Shown: piece by piece, positions 47,501 through 61,213 of the stretch
Layout of the letters: each line of letters opens with the position of its first letter
How positions within the stretch are numbered: the first letter of the stretch is position 1
NCBI GenBank assembly: GCA_043228905.1
Contig: JBHGNT010000012.1
Span: forward strand, 20,150,001 to 20,214,000
DNA: 64,000 nucleotides
Source of the DNA: Azolla caroliniana
Lineage: Eukaryota; Plantae; Polypodiophyta
Direction of reading: 5' to 3'
The notes under the pieces: generated by a model
Told to the model about the DNA's origin: nothing
Databases searched by the model: none
The model's input: only the letters and a program-made list of their open reading frames with translations
Position numbers and translations under genes: made by a program

Positions 47501-50500
47501 AGGAACACTGTTTCCAGAAGTAGGGGAGGCATTTCCTGCGATTTAAACCCACCTCTTTTGTTAAGGAAACATTTGTGACAAACATAAAGCTCCTCTAAGA
47601 ACAGAAAATTAATTGCAGGTTGTTGTCTTTACTGACATCTCTCTGACTGAGGCAATTGCTTATGATGATTTCTGCCGCCAAAAGTCCCCACCAATTGCTT
47701 TCATTAAGGCTGATGTGCATGGGCTTTTTGGGAGTGTATTTTGTGACTTTGGGCCAGCGTTCACTGTCTTTGATGTTGATGGTGAAGAACCTCATACAGG
47801 CATTATTGCATCTATTAGCAATGGTAATCCAACTTTGGTATCGTGCGTTGATGATGAGCGCCTGGAATTCCAAGATGGTGACTTGGTTGTGTTCTCGGAG
47901 ATACATGGAATGGATGAGTTGAATGATGGAAGACCAAGAACAGTTAAAAATTGCAGCCGGTACTCTTTTTTCCTTGAAGAAGATACCACCAGATTTGGAA
48001 CATATGAGAAGGGAGGAATAGTTACTCAAGTCAAGCAACCAAAGTTGCTTAATTTCAAGTCATTACAAGAAGCATTGCAGAATCCCGGTGAATTCTTGTT
48101 GAGTGATTTTTCCAAGTTTGATCGACCCCCATTGTTGCACCTAGCTTTCCAAGCTCTTGATAAATTCCGTGATGAATATGGATATTTGCCAGGAGCAGGG
48201 AACAGTGATCAGGCTTCAAAATTTATCCATTTGGTGAAAAATCTTAATGAATGCAATGGGGATTTAAGGTTGGAAATGATTGATGAAGAGGTTCTCAAGC
48301 TGTTTGCCAGTGGTTCGCAATCAGTTCTGAATCCCATGGCAGCCATGTTTGGAGGCATAGTTGGACAAGAAGTCATTAAGGCATGTTCTGGAAAGTTCCA
48401 TCCACTGTTCCAGGTGAGATTATCAAACTTGTTTCTCATTTCAGTTGGGCTTGTTTGGTGAGGGTTTTTTCAAAACAGGTCCAGAAATGGTTAAAAAAGT
48501 GTGTTTTACTATGTATGATATTTGCCAAAACGTGTTAAAGTTTTATACCATTTCTGGGGTCTTTCACACACAAATGGTAAAACAGGAATTATTTTCAATT
48601 CAGGAAAATAAGCTTGCCGAAAATCTGGGAATGACAAAATACGCTCTCCTGATGAATGCTCATTAGTAACTGTCTGGATTTTCATGAGAAAAATCTGATA
48701 TTGGTCACAAAGATTATTTGCTGACATCACTTTCTTGCAGTTCTTCTACTTTGACTCACTGGAGTCTCTTCCAATTGAGCCATTATCTGAACAAGACATT
48801 GTGGTCTCAAACAATAGATATGATGCACAAGTTTCTATTTTTGGGCAAGAGATGCAGAAGAGGTTGCACGATGCAAAAGTGTTTGTGGTTGGTGCTGGTG
48901 CACTTGGCTGTGAGTTTTTAAAGAACTTAGCTTTAATGGGGGTTGGTTGTGGTAGCAAGGGGAAGTTGATTGTCACAGATGATGATATTATTGAAAAAAG
49001 CAACCTAAGTAGACAGTTCTTGTTTCGTGATTGGAATATTGGACAAGCCAAATCCACAGTCGCGGCAACTGCAGCATTGGCTATTAATCCCAACCTCAGA
49101 ATTGAGGCCCTACAGAATAGGGTTAGCCCAGAAACTGAGAATGTCTTTGATGACAGATTTTGGGAGAGTATTGACGTAGTTATTAATGCATTGGACAATG
49201 TAAATGCGAGGCTTTATGTGGATTCAAGATGTGTTTATTTCCAGAAGCCACTTTTGGAGTCTGGTACGCTAGGTGCAAAATGTAATACTCAGATGGTAAT
49301 ACCCCATTTGACTGAAAACTATGGTGCTTCAAGAGATCCTCCTGAGAAACAAGCCCCAATGTGCACCCTACATTCCTTTCCACATAATATCAATCATTGT
49401 CTTACATGGGCACGATCGGAATTCGAAGGTCTATTAGAAAAGACACCTGCTGAGGTAAATACATATTTATCAAAGCCAGAGGAGTACAAGGCAGCGATGA
49501 GATCAGCAGGAGATGCTCAAGCTAGGGAGTTGTTGGAGAGAGTGGTTGAATGCTTGGTTACAGAGAAATGCAATACATTTGAGGATTGCATATTTTGGGC
49601 CAGGAGAAGGTACTTGCACTATCTCAAGCAACTGATTCAGCTTCATTCCTAGGTTTGTCGCATTAGGGAAAAACTGACCTCAAAGCTAATACATGTTTTT
49701 AGGTTTGAGGACTACTTTGCGAGCAGAGTGAAGCAGCTGATTTATACATTTCCAGAGAATACGATTACGAGCACCGGTGTTCTTTTCTGGTCAGCTCCTA
49801 AGAGGTTCCCGAAACCTCTTGAGTTCACCTTTGAGGATCCTTCTTGTAGCTCTTTTTTAACCGCTGCGGCTTTTCTAAGGGCTCAGACATATGGAATTGC
49901 CATTCCTAATTGGGCTTCAAATAGCAAGAAGGTAGCAGAGGTTGCCGATAAGCTGGAGTTGCCTCAGTTTCAACCCAGACAAGGAGTGAAGATTGTCACA
50001 GATGAAAAAGCTACAAGCCTTAACTCACCTGCATCTGATGATTCCATTGTAATAGAGCAACTTATACAGGCATTGGATAATGGAGCATGCAGTGTACCTC
50101 CAGAGTTCCGGATGACTCCGATACAATTCGAGAAGGTAATCAAAATTCAAACCGTGTTCTCAATTCAGTTTGATTTAAAAATAACGGAGTTCCATGAAAT
50201 GTAGGATGATGACACAAACTTCCACATGGACTTTATTGCTGGCCTTGCCAACATGAGAGCGCGGAACTATGGCATACCTGAGGTGGATAAGCTGAAAGCC
50301 AAATTCATTGCCGGCCGAATCATCCCAGCCATTGCGACCACTACTGCCTTAGCCACCGGCCTTGTATGCTTGGACCTTTACAAGGTTCTCTTGGGGCACA
50401 AGGTAGAGAAGTTTCGGAATACATTTGCAAACTTAGCATTACCACTTTTCTCCATGGCCGAACCTGTACCCCCAAAGATAAGCAAACATGAGGAAAGGAC

Positions 50501-50795
50501 TTGGTCCATATGGGACCGATGGGTGATATCCGAGAACCTGACTCTTAATGAGTTGCTGAGTTGGTTCCAAGACAAGGGTTTGGCGGCGTATAGTATCTCG
50601 TGTGGTCAGAGCTTGTTGTATAATAGTATGTTCCCAAAGCATAGGGAGAGATTGGATAGGAAAGTATTAGACCTTGCTAAGCAAATTGCTAAGCTGGAGA
50701 TATTGCCAACTCGCCACCACTTTGATATTGTTATTGCATGTGAAGATGATGAAGGCAATGATGTAGATGTACCCCTGGTTTCTATTCGCCTTTGA
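44512..50795 (+). CDS. UBA1: Ubiquitin-activating enzyme E1, 6 coding exons
   Basis: Exons 44512-44749, 46534-46751, 47619-48413, 48741-49609, 49703-50135, 50205-50795; [38 protein letters not shown], catalytic [20 protein letters not shown]; probable 5' UTR exon ending near 43179. Confidence 0.97.
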
Positions 50796-51999
50796 GGGCC
50801 GAGGATTCTTGTACTTCAGCCATGTGACTTCATTTCATGTACTAAATAAAGCCATATCCAAACATTTCTATAATAAAACATGCTGATAAGATTGCACTAG
50901 TTACATGTCTTCTCTTTTCCTCTTCTTGTTTGTAATTTCCTAAACGAAGTTGTTTGGGTGTCGGTAATTCTCAGTCGTCAATGACTATGCATAGGCCAAA
51001 GGAATTTGGGTATCATGTGTAAAATGCATGGTGCTCTATTGTCTTGATGGTTATTGTTAGGGTTTGTTATGGTAAAAGTTTGGATAGTGGATAAACCCAA
51101 TATGAATTCCCATTCTAAAACTCAACATGTTGAATTATATTCCTGTTGGTGCCCTATTGTCAAATCATTGATTACCTAGACAATCTAGATAAATTCATTA
51201 TTGAACTTAGTAAAGCTGTCTATAGAATTCTTAGTTGAACTTATCAAGCTCAGCGAAACACATGTTTATGCATGGTTATGGCATGCTCAATTCAATTGAT
51301 TATGACGTCATAGACTAGAGCATGGATTGATATGAAAGAATATTTTTTAAGCCCATTTTGCATATAGAACATCTTTGTTTGGTTGTTCGTAGAAGTCTAA
51401 ATGTATGAATCCTTGCATAATGTGTTCTTGTACATATGCAATCTTTATATAAATATTTTGTGAGTTGGGCTATTATATAAATATTATATGAGATGAGTAA
51501 TTTACTAGAAATATTGGAGAACAAGCACTATATGTAAAATTCCTTGACCATGCAATTGGCTTATTTTCAACATAACTAGTTTGTCTTACGTATATGTTTA
51601 CTTTGGTGTTTGAAGATTGTGGTATTCAACAAATCATTTTGGGAGCGTACATGCTTTGAAGAAATATTTTTGTGGTGCAAATTCTTTTGCGCATGGTTGC
51701 ATTTAGTGGCAACCAAGCTGGTATACATTGTTGTTTGCACTTTACAAGAGTCTTTGGGCAGAATGACCTTGGCAACTACTTTAGATGGGACTATAGATAG
51801 TAAGATAACCCTTGTTTTCTTCTTCCGCACCCTTGGGTGGCTTCTTTGCAAGAGTGGACCATGAGGCCTTACGTTTGCTAGTCTATAGATGTCAATGGTT
51901 TGCTCATGAGTGGGGTTGCTAACTGTTCATATCTTTGTATGGTGGTGACTTGATTGTAATACTCATGTTTAGTTAAGAGGTTAAGGATACTTTACAACT

Positions 52000-54118
52000 G
52001 ACGGGGGTCCAAACTTCCCATTTGAGAAGTACTTCCAACAATTATCGGGGTGGTGTAAGATAAAGGCTTGACATCATTAACAAAATTGTGGTTAACATAT
52101 TCTAGTCTGCTCTTAATCAAAGTACATCACCCCTCGTCTAACCAAGGAGGAACCTTCGATCTCTCATGCTCCCAAGTACAAACAAATGCTTTTCAATGAA
52201 GCACACATATTGGAAATGCATCAAGAAATTTAGTTCAAAGAAAAAATAGTTCGATAAAGAAAGCCATGAAGCTTGAGGGTGCCTTATGATTTTGGATGTA
52301 GTCAATGATAAAGAAATTGATCAAAAGCATTTGCATGAGTACAAAAGGCTTATTCAAAGAAAGAGAAGAATATGGGAAGTTGCTCAACAATTTCTCCAAA
52401 CACAAGAAAAAGCACTTGCATGTGCTGAATTTTGGGGAAATCTAAAGGGGAAACATGTTGAGGGTTATGGTGCCTTAATTCTTTTGGACTTGTCTATACA
52501 TTGTAAGAATTTATATGAGCTATATCTTGTCGGAAAAATGATGTGTTATGGTTCTATTTCACATATCTCTCTCAGTTGGCAAGCGATCTTCAATGTATAC
52601 AGGGTGAAATGCTCAAATGAACGGGAAAGGAAGCACATACATGGATAAGTGATATGTTTAATCATGCAATGCAACATGGCATGCCTTATGATTGAATTAT
52701 AAATATTTTTTACAAATCATCATGGTTTTTTACCATTGGGAATGCAAACAATATGTTTTTGTTATATGTGGATTATGTAGTACTTTTTACAAATACTTTA
52801 GGAGATGCACAAAAGCTTATGACGGTCAAGGCATTAGAATTTTTTTGCACGCATACTAAATTAAGTGTCAATAGCTCTAAAACAAAGATTATGTTTGTGA
52901 AGAGCCAGGAAAAATATAAACCACACATGATGTAAAATAGTGCGCCACTTGAATGTGTGGAAAGCTTCAAATATCCTGGCCTTGAAGTTCCTTGAAATCA
53001 TACATGGAATGAATGTGCTACCCGCTTGTTATGTACACATAACGTTGGTGAGGGTAGGTCACCAATGTTTACATTAGTGAAGGGTATGTTCACTAATGTT
53101 AAAAAGGGGACTAATGATTGGATAGAAGGAATTATAGGTGCATGTATTATCATGATTTGGACAACTAATGAATGGAGAGCCTTTTAGAAAGGCACATCTA
53201 TTCAAGGGGCCTAGGAAAAGGTATAAATATGAGGCTTAGCTACCCTCATAATCACATTACGTCAGAAGGCTGTTGTCTTAGACACCGGTGGTGCGGGCTA
53301 GGCTTTCATCTCGATGATCCTGTTTATCTCTTCCAAGGTATTGGTCATCCTAATATCCGGTGGTATGGGACCGTCGGTGGTAGGTTGGTTATGTCTAGAT
53401 CATAGCTCAGGGGCGGTCGGGTGGAACGGGTTCTTCTATCCATTCTATTTTCCTTCTTTTACTTTATTTTGGTCTATTGATTAGTAATAGACTCTTAACA
53501 CCGCTGCTTAGAGGCAAGAAAGAGAACATATTATGCTTTTGAGAACACATGCAATCATGGAGAAATTAAGTGTTGAGTCCTCAAGAAATACTTTTTCAAT
53601 ACTTTGGTGACACTAGTGCTTCTCTATGGGTTGGACAATTGGGGTAGTAGCATCCCTAAATTTACCTAGAAAGAGTTTGAAAATGTCCAAAAACATCTTC
53701 TTCCAAAGTTTTTGCAAGTTAAGAAACAACGTCATAAACCCTCCTACTTGAGATGAGATCACTTCCAATTGAGATCATGTCCATGAAAAGGGTTGTCGAA
53801 TATACGCTAAGGTTCAAAAAAGTCCCTCACATAGACTTCCTAGAATCACATGGGATGTAGTTAAAAAGATCTGAAAGACACATAAAAGAAAAATTTTGTG
53901 TTTTGGTTGGATGCAAGATATGGGGAAAATGGTTTGGTAGATGGGATGCAACACACTTACTTCATGATGCATCATTAGATTCCTCTGTAAGTGAGGTTTT
54001 TTTGCAATTATAATGTATCATGACATGAGAAAAATGTGGAGGCTCACGCTTCATACATTATACAACACATGTTGCACCTAACTACAAAACCATATTCTTT
54101 GTTAAATGAGTACATATG
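52000..54118 (+). mobile_element. Degraded RTEX/L2-like LINE, same clade as 6861-11742
   Basis: KRLIQRKRRIWE, LLYVDYVVLF..LSVNSSKTKIM remnants parallel ORF2 of the first LINE. Confidence 0.7.
53027..53500. mobile_element. Solo LTR (474 bp) nested in the LINE
   Basis: TGTTA...TAACA termini; 5-bp TSD CCGCT at 53022-53026 and 53501-53505; internal TATAAAT. Confidence 0.9.
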
Positions 54119-54159
54119 TGGATTGTAGATCCTGATCGGATCAGGATCTACAATCCATT

Positions 54160-55860
54160 TATGACTAGTATACGCGAGTACTCGAATTGCGTTATTTTGT
54201 GTTGGTGTCTCAGTGTCTCGCAATTCAGAGCCTTCGGGTTTGTCTGGTGGTCCCCTACCTCTCGGGATCAGAGATCCCTCCTCCTCGTGGCCTATCCATT
54301 TCTCCATTGTCGTCCTTTGAGTAGTAGATTCCCTAATCAGTAGAGCATTAATGATTTCCGATCTCATAGTCCATCCGCCCCTGATTCCATGGAGTATGTT
54401 CGCTTGATCTTGTAGTGGCAGTGACATAAACCATCGCCAACATTCTATACTTTTTCTTGGACCTTCTACAATGTATCCTTGATACATGGGTTCCATAAGA
54501 TACGTTGACTGAGCCATGCAGGTTCGCATCTCGGTTGGTCACACTTGAGCCCTCGACGAATGTCACACCATGCCTTCCACATGGATGCACTGAATCTATC
54601 CTCCAATTGGTGGGAGAAACTAGGTTTGAGATCCATGTTTAGAATCCATCCCGTTTGAGGGGTCCAATTGACCCCTTTTCGTGGCCTAAAGTAAGCGAAA
54701 CGTAACCTCAGTAGCATTTTCCAACAGTCATTTCCTAGTTGGAGTCCTCGCACCACAAATTTGGCAAGTAAGGCTTTCGATTGTGAAAGGGGAACAATAA
54801 GACCCTATTCCCCTCTCGACTTAGGCGCTGTGAGTATAGGCCACGCCACCTTGGTGCGAGCTACATGGTCTTCCTTACCAGACCAAATGTAGTTGCGGAC
54901 CAATCGTTGAATCTGATGTATACTTTCCTTGGAGATTGTCCAGGATGATAGACTGTACCATGCTGTTGCGAGTAGTACTTGATTTCCCACTATGATGCGA
55001 CCCGCTAGCGACAATTTTTCGAGCTCCAATGTATCAACTTTTGTCGAATGGAATGGATAATGGGTGCAATCATAGTCTCCGGTAGTATGTTGAAACCAAT
55101 TTGGAAACCCAAATATTTGGTGCTCGCTCCTTGATTGATCCATTTGATCCATTTGAAAGCGGGATGTGGGTGCCACACCGGATGTGTTTCTTGAGAGAGC
55201 CATATTGCGCAGGATTTGTGCCAATTGATCATGGCGTTGGATCTCTTGCAAAATATAGCTAGCCCACTTTCTAGCTTTTGGAGGTTTTCCAAGCCCCCTT
55301 GCAGGTAGACTGCTGTGTCATATGCAAATTCTATATCCAGGATGCTTTGGTGAGAATGAGGTACGGGAAGACCACGTAGGTTGAGATGCCACGAGTTGAT
55401 AAAGCAAGAGAGTGCTTCAGCGTATAATAGGAATAAGGATGGAGCTAGTGGGCAACCCTGCCGTACAGATCGGGATATTCGGAAAAAGGGGCCCCTTTCA
55501 CCTGCCAGTGAAACGCAATTGTTGTCGTTCCTATAAAGTCCTATAATGCGTTTGATCCATGTCTCTTGAAAGCCGAGTTTCCCCATCACACTTTCTAGAA
55601 AGTTCCAGCATACCCTGTCATATGCTTTCTCAAAATCTAGTAGCACCACCGCTACCTTGTTGTTGGTACGCTTGGCAAGGGCTACTGCTTCCTAGAATGA
55701 GAAGAGGTTGTCTAGGATGCTCCGATTTCTAACGAAACATGTTTGGACGGATGAATGAGTTGAAGGAGAAGTGGTGTTAAACGGCGTGCCACGATTTTTG
55801 CGAGTAACTTATAGACAATATTGAGAAGAGTTATGGGCCGCCACTTGCTAATGTCGTTGG
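54160..55860 (-). mobile_element. L1-clade LINE RT fragment
   Basis: LLDFEKAYDRV, RSVRQGCPLAPSLF, EFAYDT, KYLGF, LSLAGRIIVGNQVL. Confidence 0.88.
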
Positions 55861-55862
55861 CA

Positions 55863-56062
55863 TGCTATCGAATACGAGTGTATAATGGTCGTATTCACAC
55901 TGTCCCTTTGGACAACCCAAGTTTGGGCTATTTCTATAAATAGCATAAAGGGCAGTTGCCCTAGGACAGTCACTATATAAAGTGACTTTGTAACCTTTAG
56001 AAAAGGTTGGTTGTCATTCTTTGTAAACTGTTGCTATTGGAATATAACGTTTTTCTTTGTGC

Positions 56063-56120
<58 letters not shown>

Positions 56121-58790
56121 GTGTCTATCTTGCATATGTGCATACATAGGTTCTTCTTCATCACGAATGTTGCTTGCACTTCCGCATTGACGGCCTTGTC
56201 CCCAACATTTGGTATCAGAGCGTTGGAAGTTCTTCAACCCGCTGCCGACCGTCATAGTACACAACACAACATTCCGTTTTCGTTTTCTTTGAAGAACAGA
56301 GAAGGGAGAAGAAAAACAAAAAGCTCGCATCGCACTGTGTTAAATCACAAATTGGAGTAAGCCAATCGGTTGTACTCTGTTCCTGTGATTGTAACCGCTT
56401 GAGGGGAGCTCCTTGAGCAACAACCGACCCAATCGTGCTTCATTCAATTAAACAACATCCGAATAGGTCACTGGACGCTATTCACCCACTTGCTGTAACC
56501 ACCCACTACAGATTGGTCTCCAGGAAACAACCAAATTCGTGTTGATCCTCCGTCCCTGTCATTGCTGCAGTCATCCGAAGCAGAATCTGCCCAAACAATC
56601 GGTTTCGTGTAATCGGTATTCGGCATACGATCGGAAGCTAACTGGGCTCACTTTGACTCGGCAACATTTGGGAAGACCAGCCGGTTCTGTCCCTCAAGTT
56701 ATCGGAGTCACTCCGAGCAAGTTCAGCAAACAAATATCCGAAACCAAACAAACTCGGGTTCAAAACTGACTAGAATGATATCGGGTGAGCCGATCGGCTG
56801 CACCTCACTAAGGTTCGTAGTCAACTCCGAACCGGGTCTTCCCAACCGAAACCGAATCAGATGGCATCAACATCCGGCTCATCGGAGATGAGTCTAAGGA
56901 GGTTCGACGACCCGAACTTCAACTTCTGGAAGGAACAAATGCATGACTATCTCATAGTCAAGGGTCAGATAGACCCGATTGAGAATGAAAATCCTCCAGA
57001 AGCATACAAGGCAAACAAGTGGCTAAAGCTGGACAGAATTGTCCGCGCCACGATTTAGATGCACTTGTCGGAGTCAGTGTACTTCACAGTGCAATCATGC
57101 ACGAAAACTTTTGAACTATGGAAAACACTGTCAGAAACGTATGAAAAGAAGGTCGCGACAACGAAGATCTATCTGATCTGGCGCCTCTACAACTTGCGGA
57201 TGAAAGAATCTGATTCGGTTCAGGCACACCTCAATGAGTACGAAAGCATAAGCTCCCAAATCTCGTCTCAGGGGACGATAATTGAGGATGAACTCAGAGC
57301 AATGATACTCATGAGTAGCCTCCCCTCTTCATGGGAAACTTTCGTTACAACCGTGTGCAATACTTCAACAACTGCCGTTAAGTACTCCGAAGTCACGAGC
57401 GCAATCCTAACTGAAGCGGCTCGGAGAAAGTCTTTCGCCAAAGACTCGACAGATGAAGCTTACGTAGTACAAGGTTCGACCGACCGATCGAACAACCGGG
57501 GAAGAAATTCTTCCCGACCGTCGAACAATCAACGAAGCCAGAGCAAGTCCCGAGACAACCAAATCTGCAACTACTGCAAGAAACCGGGACACATCAAAGC
57601 CGACTACCAGGCACTCAAAGCAAAAACCGATAAAGCTCATAGAGTGGATCAGAAGAGTAGCCGACATGAGGAGGTCAACTACGTCGGCTCTTTAGCCAAA
57701 ATTTTGACGATCGACCCGAACATACTGTCCATAGAGAACCCAGTCGAATCAGAAGTTCTGCTTACGACTGAGGAATCGAGCACATGGCTCTTGGACTCAG
57801 GCGCATCGTATCATGTGACACCTCACCGATCTCAGTTTTGGCAATACTCGGACCGGCACTCCGACTCAGTTTGAGTCGGAAACTCGCATCACTGTGCTAT
57901 AATCGGAATCGGCACCGTAGAGCTCAACCTTCCGGACAGCTCTACACTCGTACTACACAACGTCCGACACGTTCCTGAGCTCTCAAGACCCTTAATCTCA
58001 GTCGGACAGCTTGACGAAGCCGGCATCCGTGTCAGATTCTCATCAGGAGGGTGGACACTCCACAAAGGGAACCTCCTGCTTGCTCGAGGAACAAAGGTAC
58101 ATTCCTTGTATCCTTTATATGTCACACTCAAAGAGGGTGACTTATTTTTGGTTGATATCCCCGTGTCATCGTTATGGCACGGACGACTTGGACACCTCAG
58201 CAAGGCCGGCATAACGCACCTATCCAGAGCCAGTTACATCCCCAATCTCTCCTTCTCAGATCACCAATTTTGCGAGCATTGCCAATACGGCAAACAGGTA
58301 GCCGCATCACACCCGACATTAGCACTAAGGGAATCGAGTCCCCTCGATTTGGTCCACTTGGACGTCTGTGGCTCGATGCCACATCAGTCTCTCGACGGTG
58401 CCTCGTACTTCGTCAGTTTCATTGACGACTCGACTCGGAAGGTGTGGGCTTACTCCATCAGAACCAAAGATCGGGTGTTCTCGATCTTCTCCGAATGGCT
58501 TGCAATAGTCGAAAATCAGACCGGTCGGAAACTGAAATGTCTCCGAACCGACAATGGAGGAGAATTCAAGCCTGAAGAATTCGTCAAATTCTGTTGGGAA
58601 CATAGCATTCGACGTGAATATACGGCACCCTATAGTTCGGAGCAGAACGGAATTGTTGAATGCATGAATCAGACGATTCAAGAACGCGTAGTATCCATGC
58701 TCCAACACTCCAGACTGTCGGATGGCTTTTGGGCGGAGGCTCTACTTATGACAATACACATAATAAATATGTCGCTAAGTAGACCGAATG
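55863..58790 (+). mobile_element. Ty1/Copia 5' portion: LTR 55863-56207, PBS 56210-56221, gag-PR-INT, truncated in integrase
   Basis: TG...CA LTR, PBS TGGTATCAGAGC, CNYCKKPGH, WLLDSGASYHVT, LWHGRLGH, SFIDDSTRKVW, LRTDNGGEF, FWAEAL; several stops. Confidence 0.92.
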
Positions 58791-58799
58791 GACTAGACA

Positions 58800-59545
58800 A
58801 CCACTATTCTGGAATCCTCACGTGCGAACAAGTGACGACACGATGCTAGGGCAACTTAAGGGCCTAGCATGGGGAAAGCTGGCACAAACAAGCCTCCTAT
58901 CTATAGACGACTGGAGACGCATGGCTGTTTCAGGAAGAGCCCAAGAGGACCTTTTCCCTCCCCTCAAGGGAGCTACGAAAATGCGGAGACTGATAGCTGA
59001 GGCAATTGACAGGGTTCTAATGGGGGAGGCGAGAGAACCTGCATGGTTCGGTCTCTTTGATGAGGTTGGAATGGTCAAGTCGCTAAAGGGTGTGAGCGGA
59101 TTAGGGAGAGATACAGTTTTTGGGGACAGTCAGAGCAGGGGCTCTTGGCACCCAATCCGAGTGGTGGCACAGGTTGACAACATCTGGAAGACAGACCCGG
59201 ATGTTGCTAAGGTGGAACCCCATTGGAGGTTAAGGGTATATGGTTGTCGCCCCCTTGTCGATCTGGATTGGGACCCAGGGGATTTCAGATGGAAACATGA
59301 TGATAGACTCCATCACTTCTTCGATTACACCACTAAATTGGGTCAGACTTTGCAGCTGCAGCTGGGCAGCCCCCTTCACAATGGCTGGCGAACATTGGGC
59401 ATCCCCGATGAGGCGCTCATTACCTTTTGGAAAGGTCTCTGGCGCCTCCACATGCCTGAAAAGAGCAAGCTCTTTTGGTGGTAGATCGGTCATAATGTGG
59501 TGACCGTTGGTGAATGGCTAGGTAAACGCGGCGGCCCGAGGTGGA
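58800..59545 (+). mobile_element. L1-clade LINE ORF2 C-terminal fragment
   Basis: PLFWNP.. and FWKGLWRLHMPEKSKLFWW (zf-RVT-like region). Confidence 0.7.
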
Positions 59546-60755
59546 ATTACCAACCCCCACGCTGGTTGTTTCCTACTCACCTGCCACCCTCTCTTCGTTG
59601 TAGGCCCCAAGAGCCGACTTGTACTAGGCAACATTGAAGGCCATCGCCTTAGATATAAGTAGCTTCTTACATTAAGTTAGACCGCAAGGCATTGTAAGTA
59701 GGTTGATCTTCTTTTACTTGATCGGAGGAAGACTCCCCAATGTGTGTATAAGTTGATCGGAGGAAGACTCCCCGATGTGTGTATAAGTCTCCTTGTAGAC
59801 TCTCTATGTAATAATCCTTCCTAACTAATGGGAAAGTAGCTTCATTTTGAAAAAAAATAAAATAAAATAAAATGATACATTGGTCATTGTGGTGGAATGT
59901 CGTAAGGCTCAAACTGGTCATATTTGCCCCCACTACAATGTTATTTGGTGATTACCTTCTAATCATGCAATATAACTTGCTTGCCTTATATATTTGTTTG
60001 CTTTTTTGTGAAAGTTTTATAATAACATTTTGTTTATGAAATGATTTATTTGTACGTTGAAAGCAAAAATTTGGGTTGGTTGGAAGATCAAACATTCATC
60101 TTTACATTTAATGATATCTATTCATCCTTGTCATGTGGTTGTTGGTCCAACATTTACCATTTGGGCAAGTTTTCCCAAGTGATACATCATATAACCACCA
60201 TTAGTTTCATTTTAACATTGTAACTAGCTAAAAGTGGACGACATGGCATGAACACTTCAACGTCATGTATATATTAGATTTTCAATATGACAAAACTAGA
60301 TAAGAGTGTTGATGATTTTCATCAAAATAATAGCATGTCCTCAATAATAAGGAGATTTATATTATTTGGAAAGATTAAAAAAATCCTCAATATTATAAAA
60401 TTGGGAGATGAAGTAAGACAAATGAACATTATCACGATGAATGAAAATACATTTTTGGATGTTAAATGTAAGTTCCAAGCATATTATAAAATTTTGAAGC
60501 ACAATAAAAGTTGCAATCACTATTCCCTCTAGAGTTGGATGCATTGGTGCATGAGTGTCATAAAGTTAAATGGTATTTCCCAATAATAATAATAATAACA
60601 ACAACAACATAATGAAATGTAACAACATCCATGTAAAATAACAAGTTGGAACCAAAATGGAATGAGTTGTTCAAGATTAGCATCATATAATCTTGTTTTA
60701 GACCTATCATGCATGATAGTTAGTAGAAACTCAATGTAGAAAGATCATGTAAATG

Positions 60756-61213
60756 TAACAATCGGCAACGGCAAAACGAACCGTTTTAAAATCTTGAAAA
60801 TTGAACCAAACTGAACTAAACCATGAAACTGTTAAACTGAAACCATTTGGTAAAAATCCAAACCATTAAACCGCTAAAACTGTGGTTTTGTGGTTCGGTT
60901 TCAATTTTCAACCTAAGTCAAATTTGAAATTTGAAATTTTTTTATTATTTAAAAAATTTCCTAAAATGTGAGAATTAGGCTTAAAAATAAAAAGGTTCTT
61001 TAAAAAGTAATCATTTTAATTTTAATCTTTTTTAAAAATTTACAAATTTTAAAAAGAACTTCAAACCGTTAAATCATTTAAACCGTGGTTTAAAACAATG
61101 AAAACCGAACCAAACCGTTTACAAAAACTTGAACCTGAACCGAACTGTTTAAATTGTTAAGCCGCGGTTTCGCAGTTTGGCTCGGCTCGGAACCGAACTG
61201 TTGCCGATTGTTA
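60756..61213. mobile_element. hAT-type MITE family A
   Basis: TAACAATCGGCAAC...GTTGCCGATTGTTA; perfect 8-bp TSD TGTAAATG at 60748-60755 and 61214-61221. Confidence 0.95.

Noticed and set aside
47595-49198. Antisense ORFs over UBA1 (also over CPL1 and LINE exons)
   Set aside because: Shadow ORFs of real coding frames with no independent motifs
2730-50795. Functional DNA-repair gene cluster (BCCIP, RAD51C, UBA1)
   Set aside because: Proximity of housekeeping genes without synteny or co-regulation evidence is expected by chance
54160-59545. Single L1 split and inverted by the Copia insertion
   Set aside because: Both fragments contain the homologous (L/F)WNP region with different sequence, so they are separate copies
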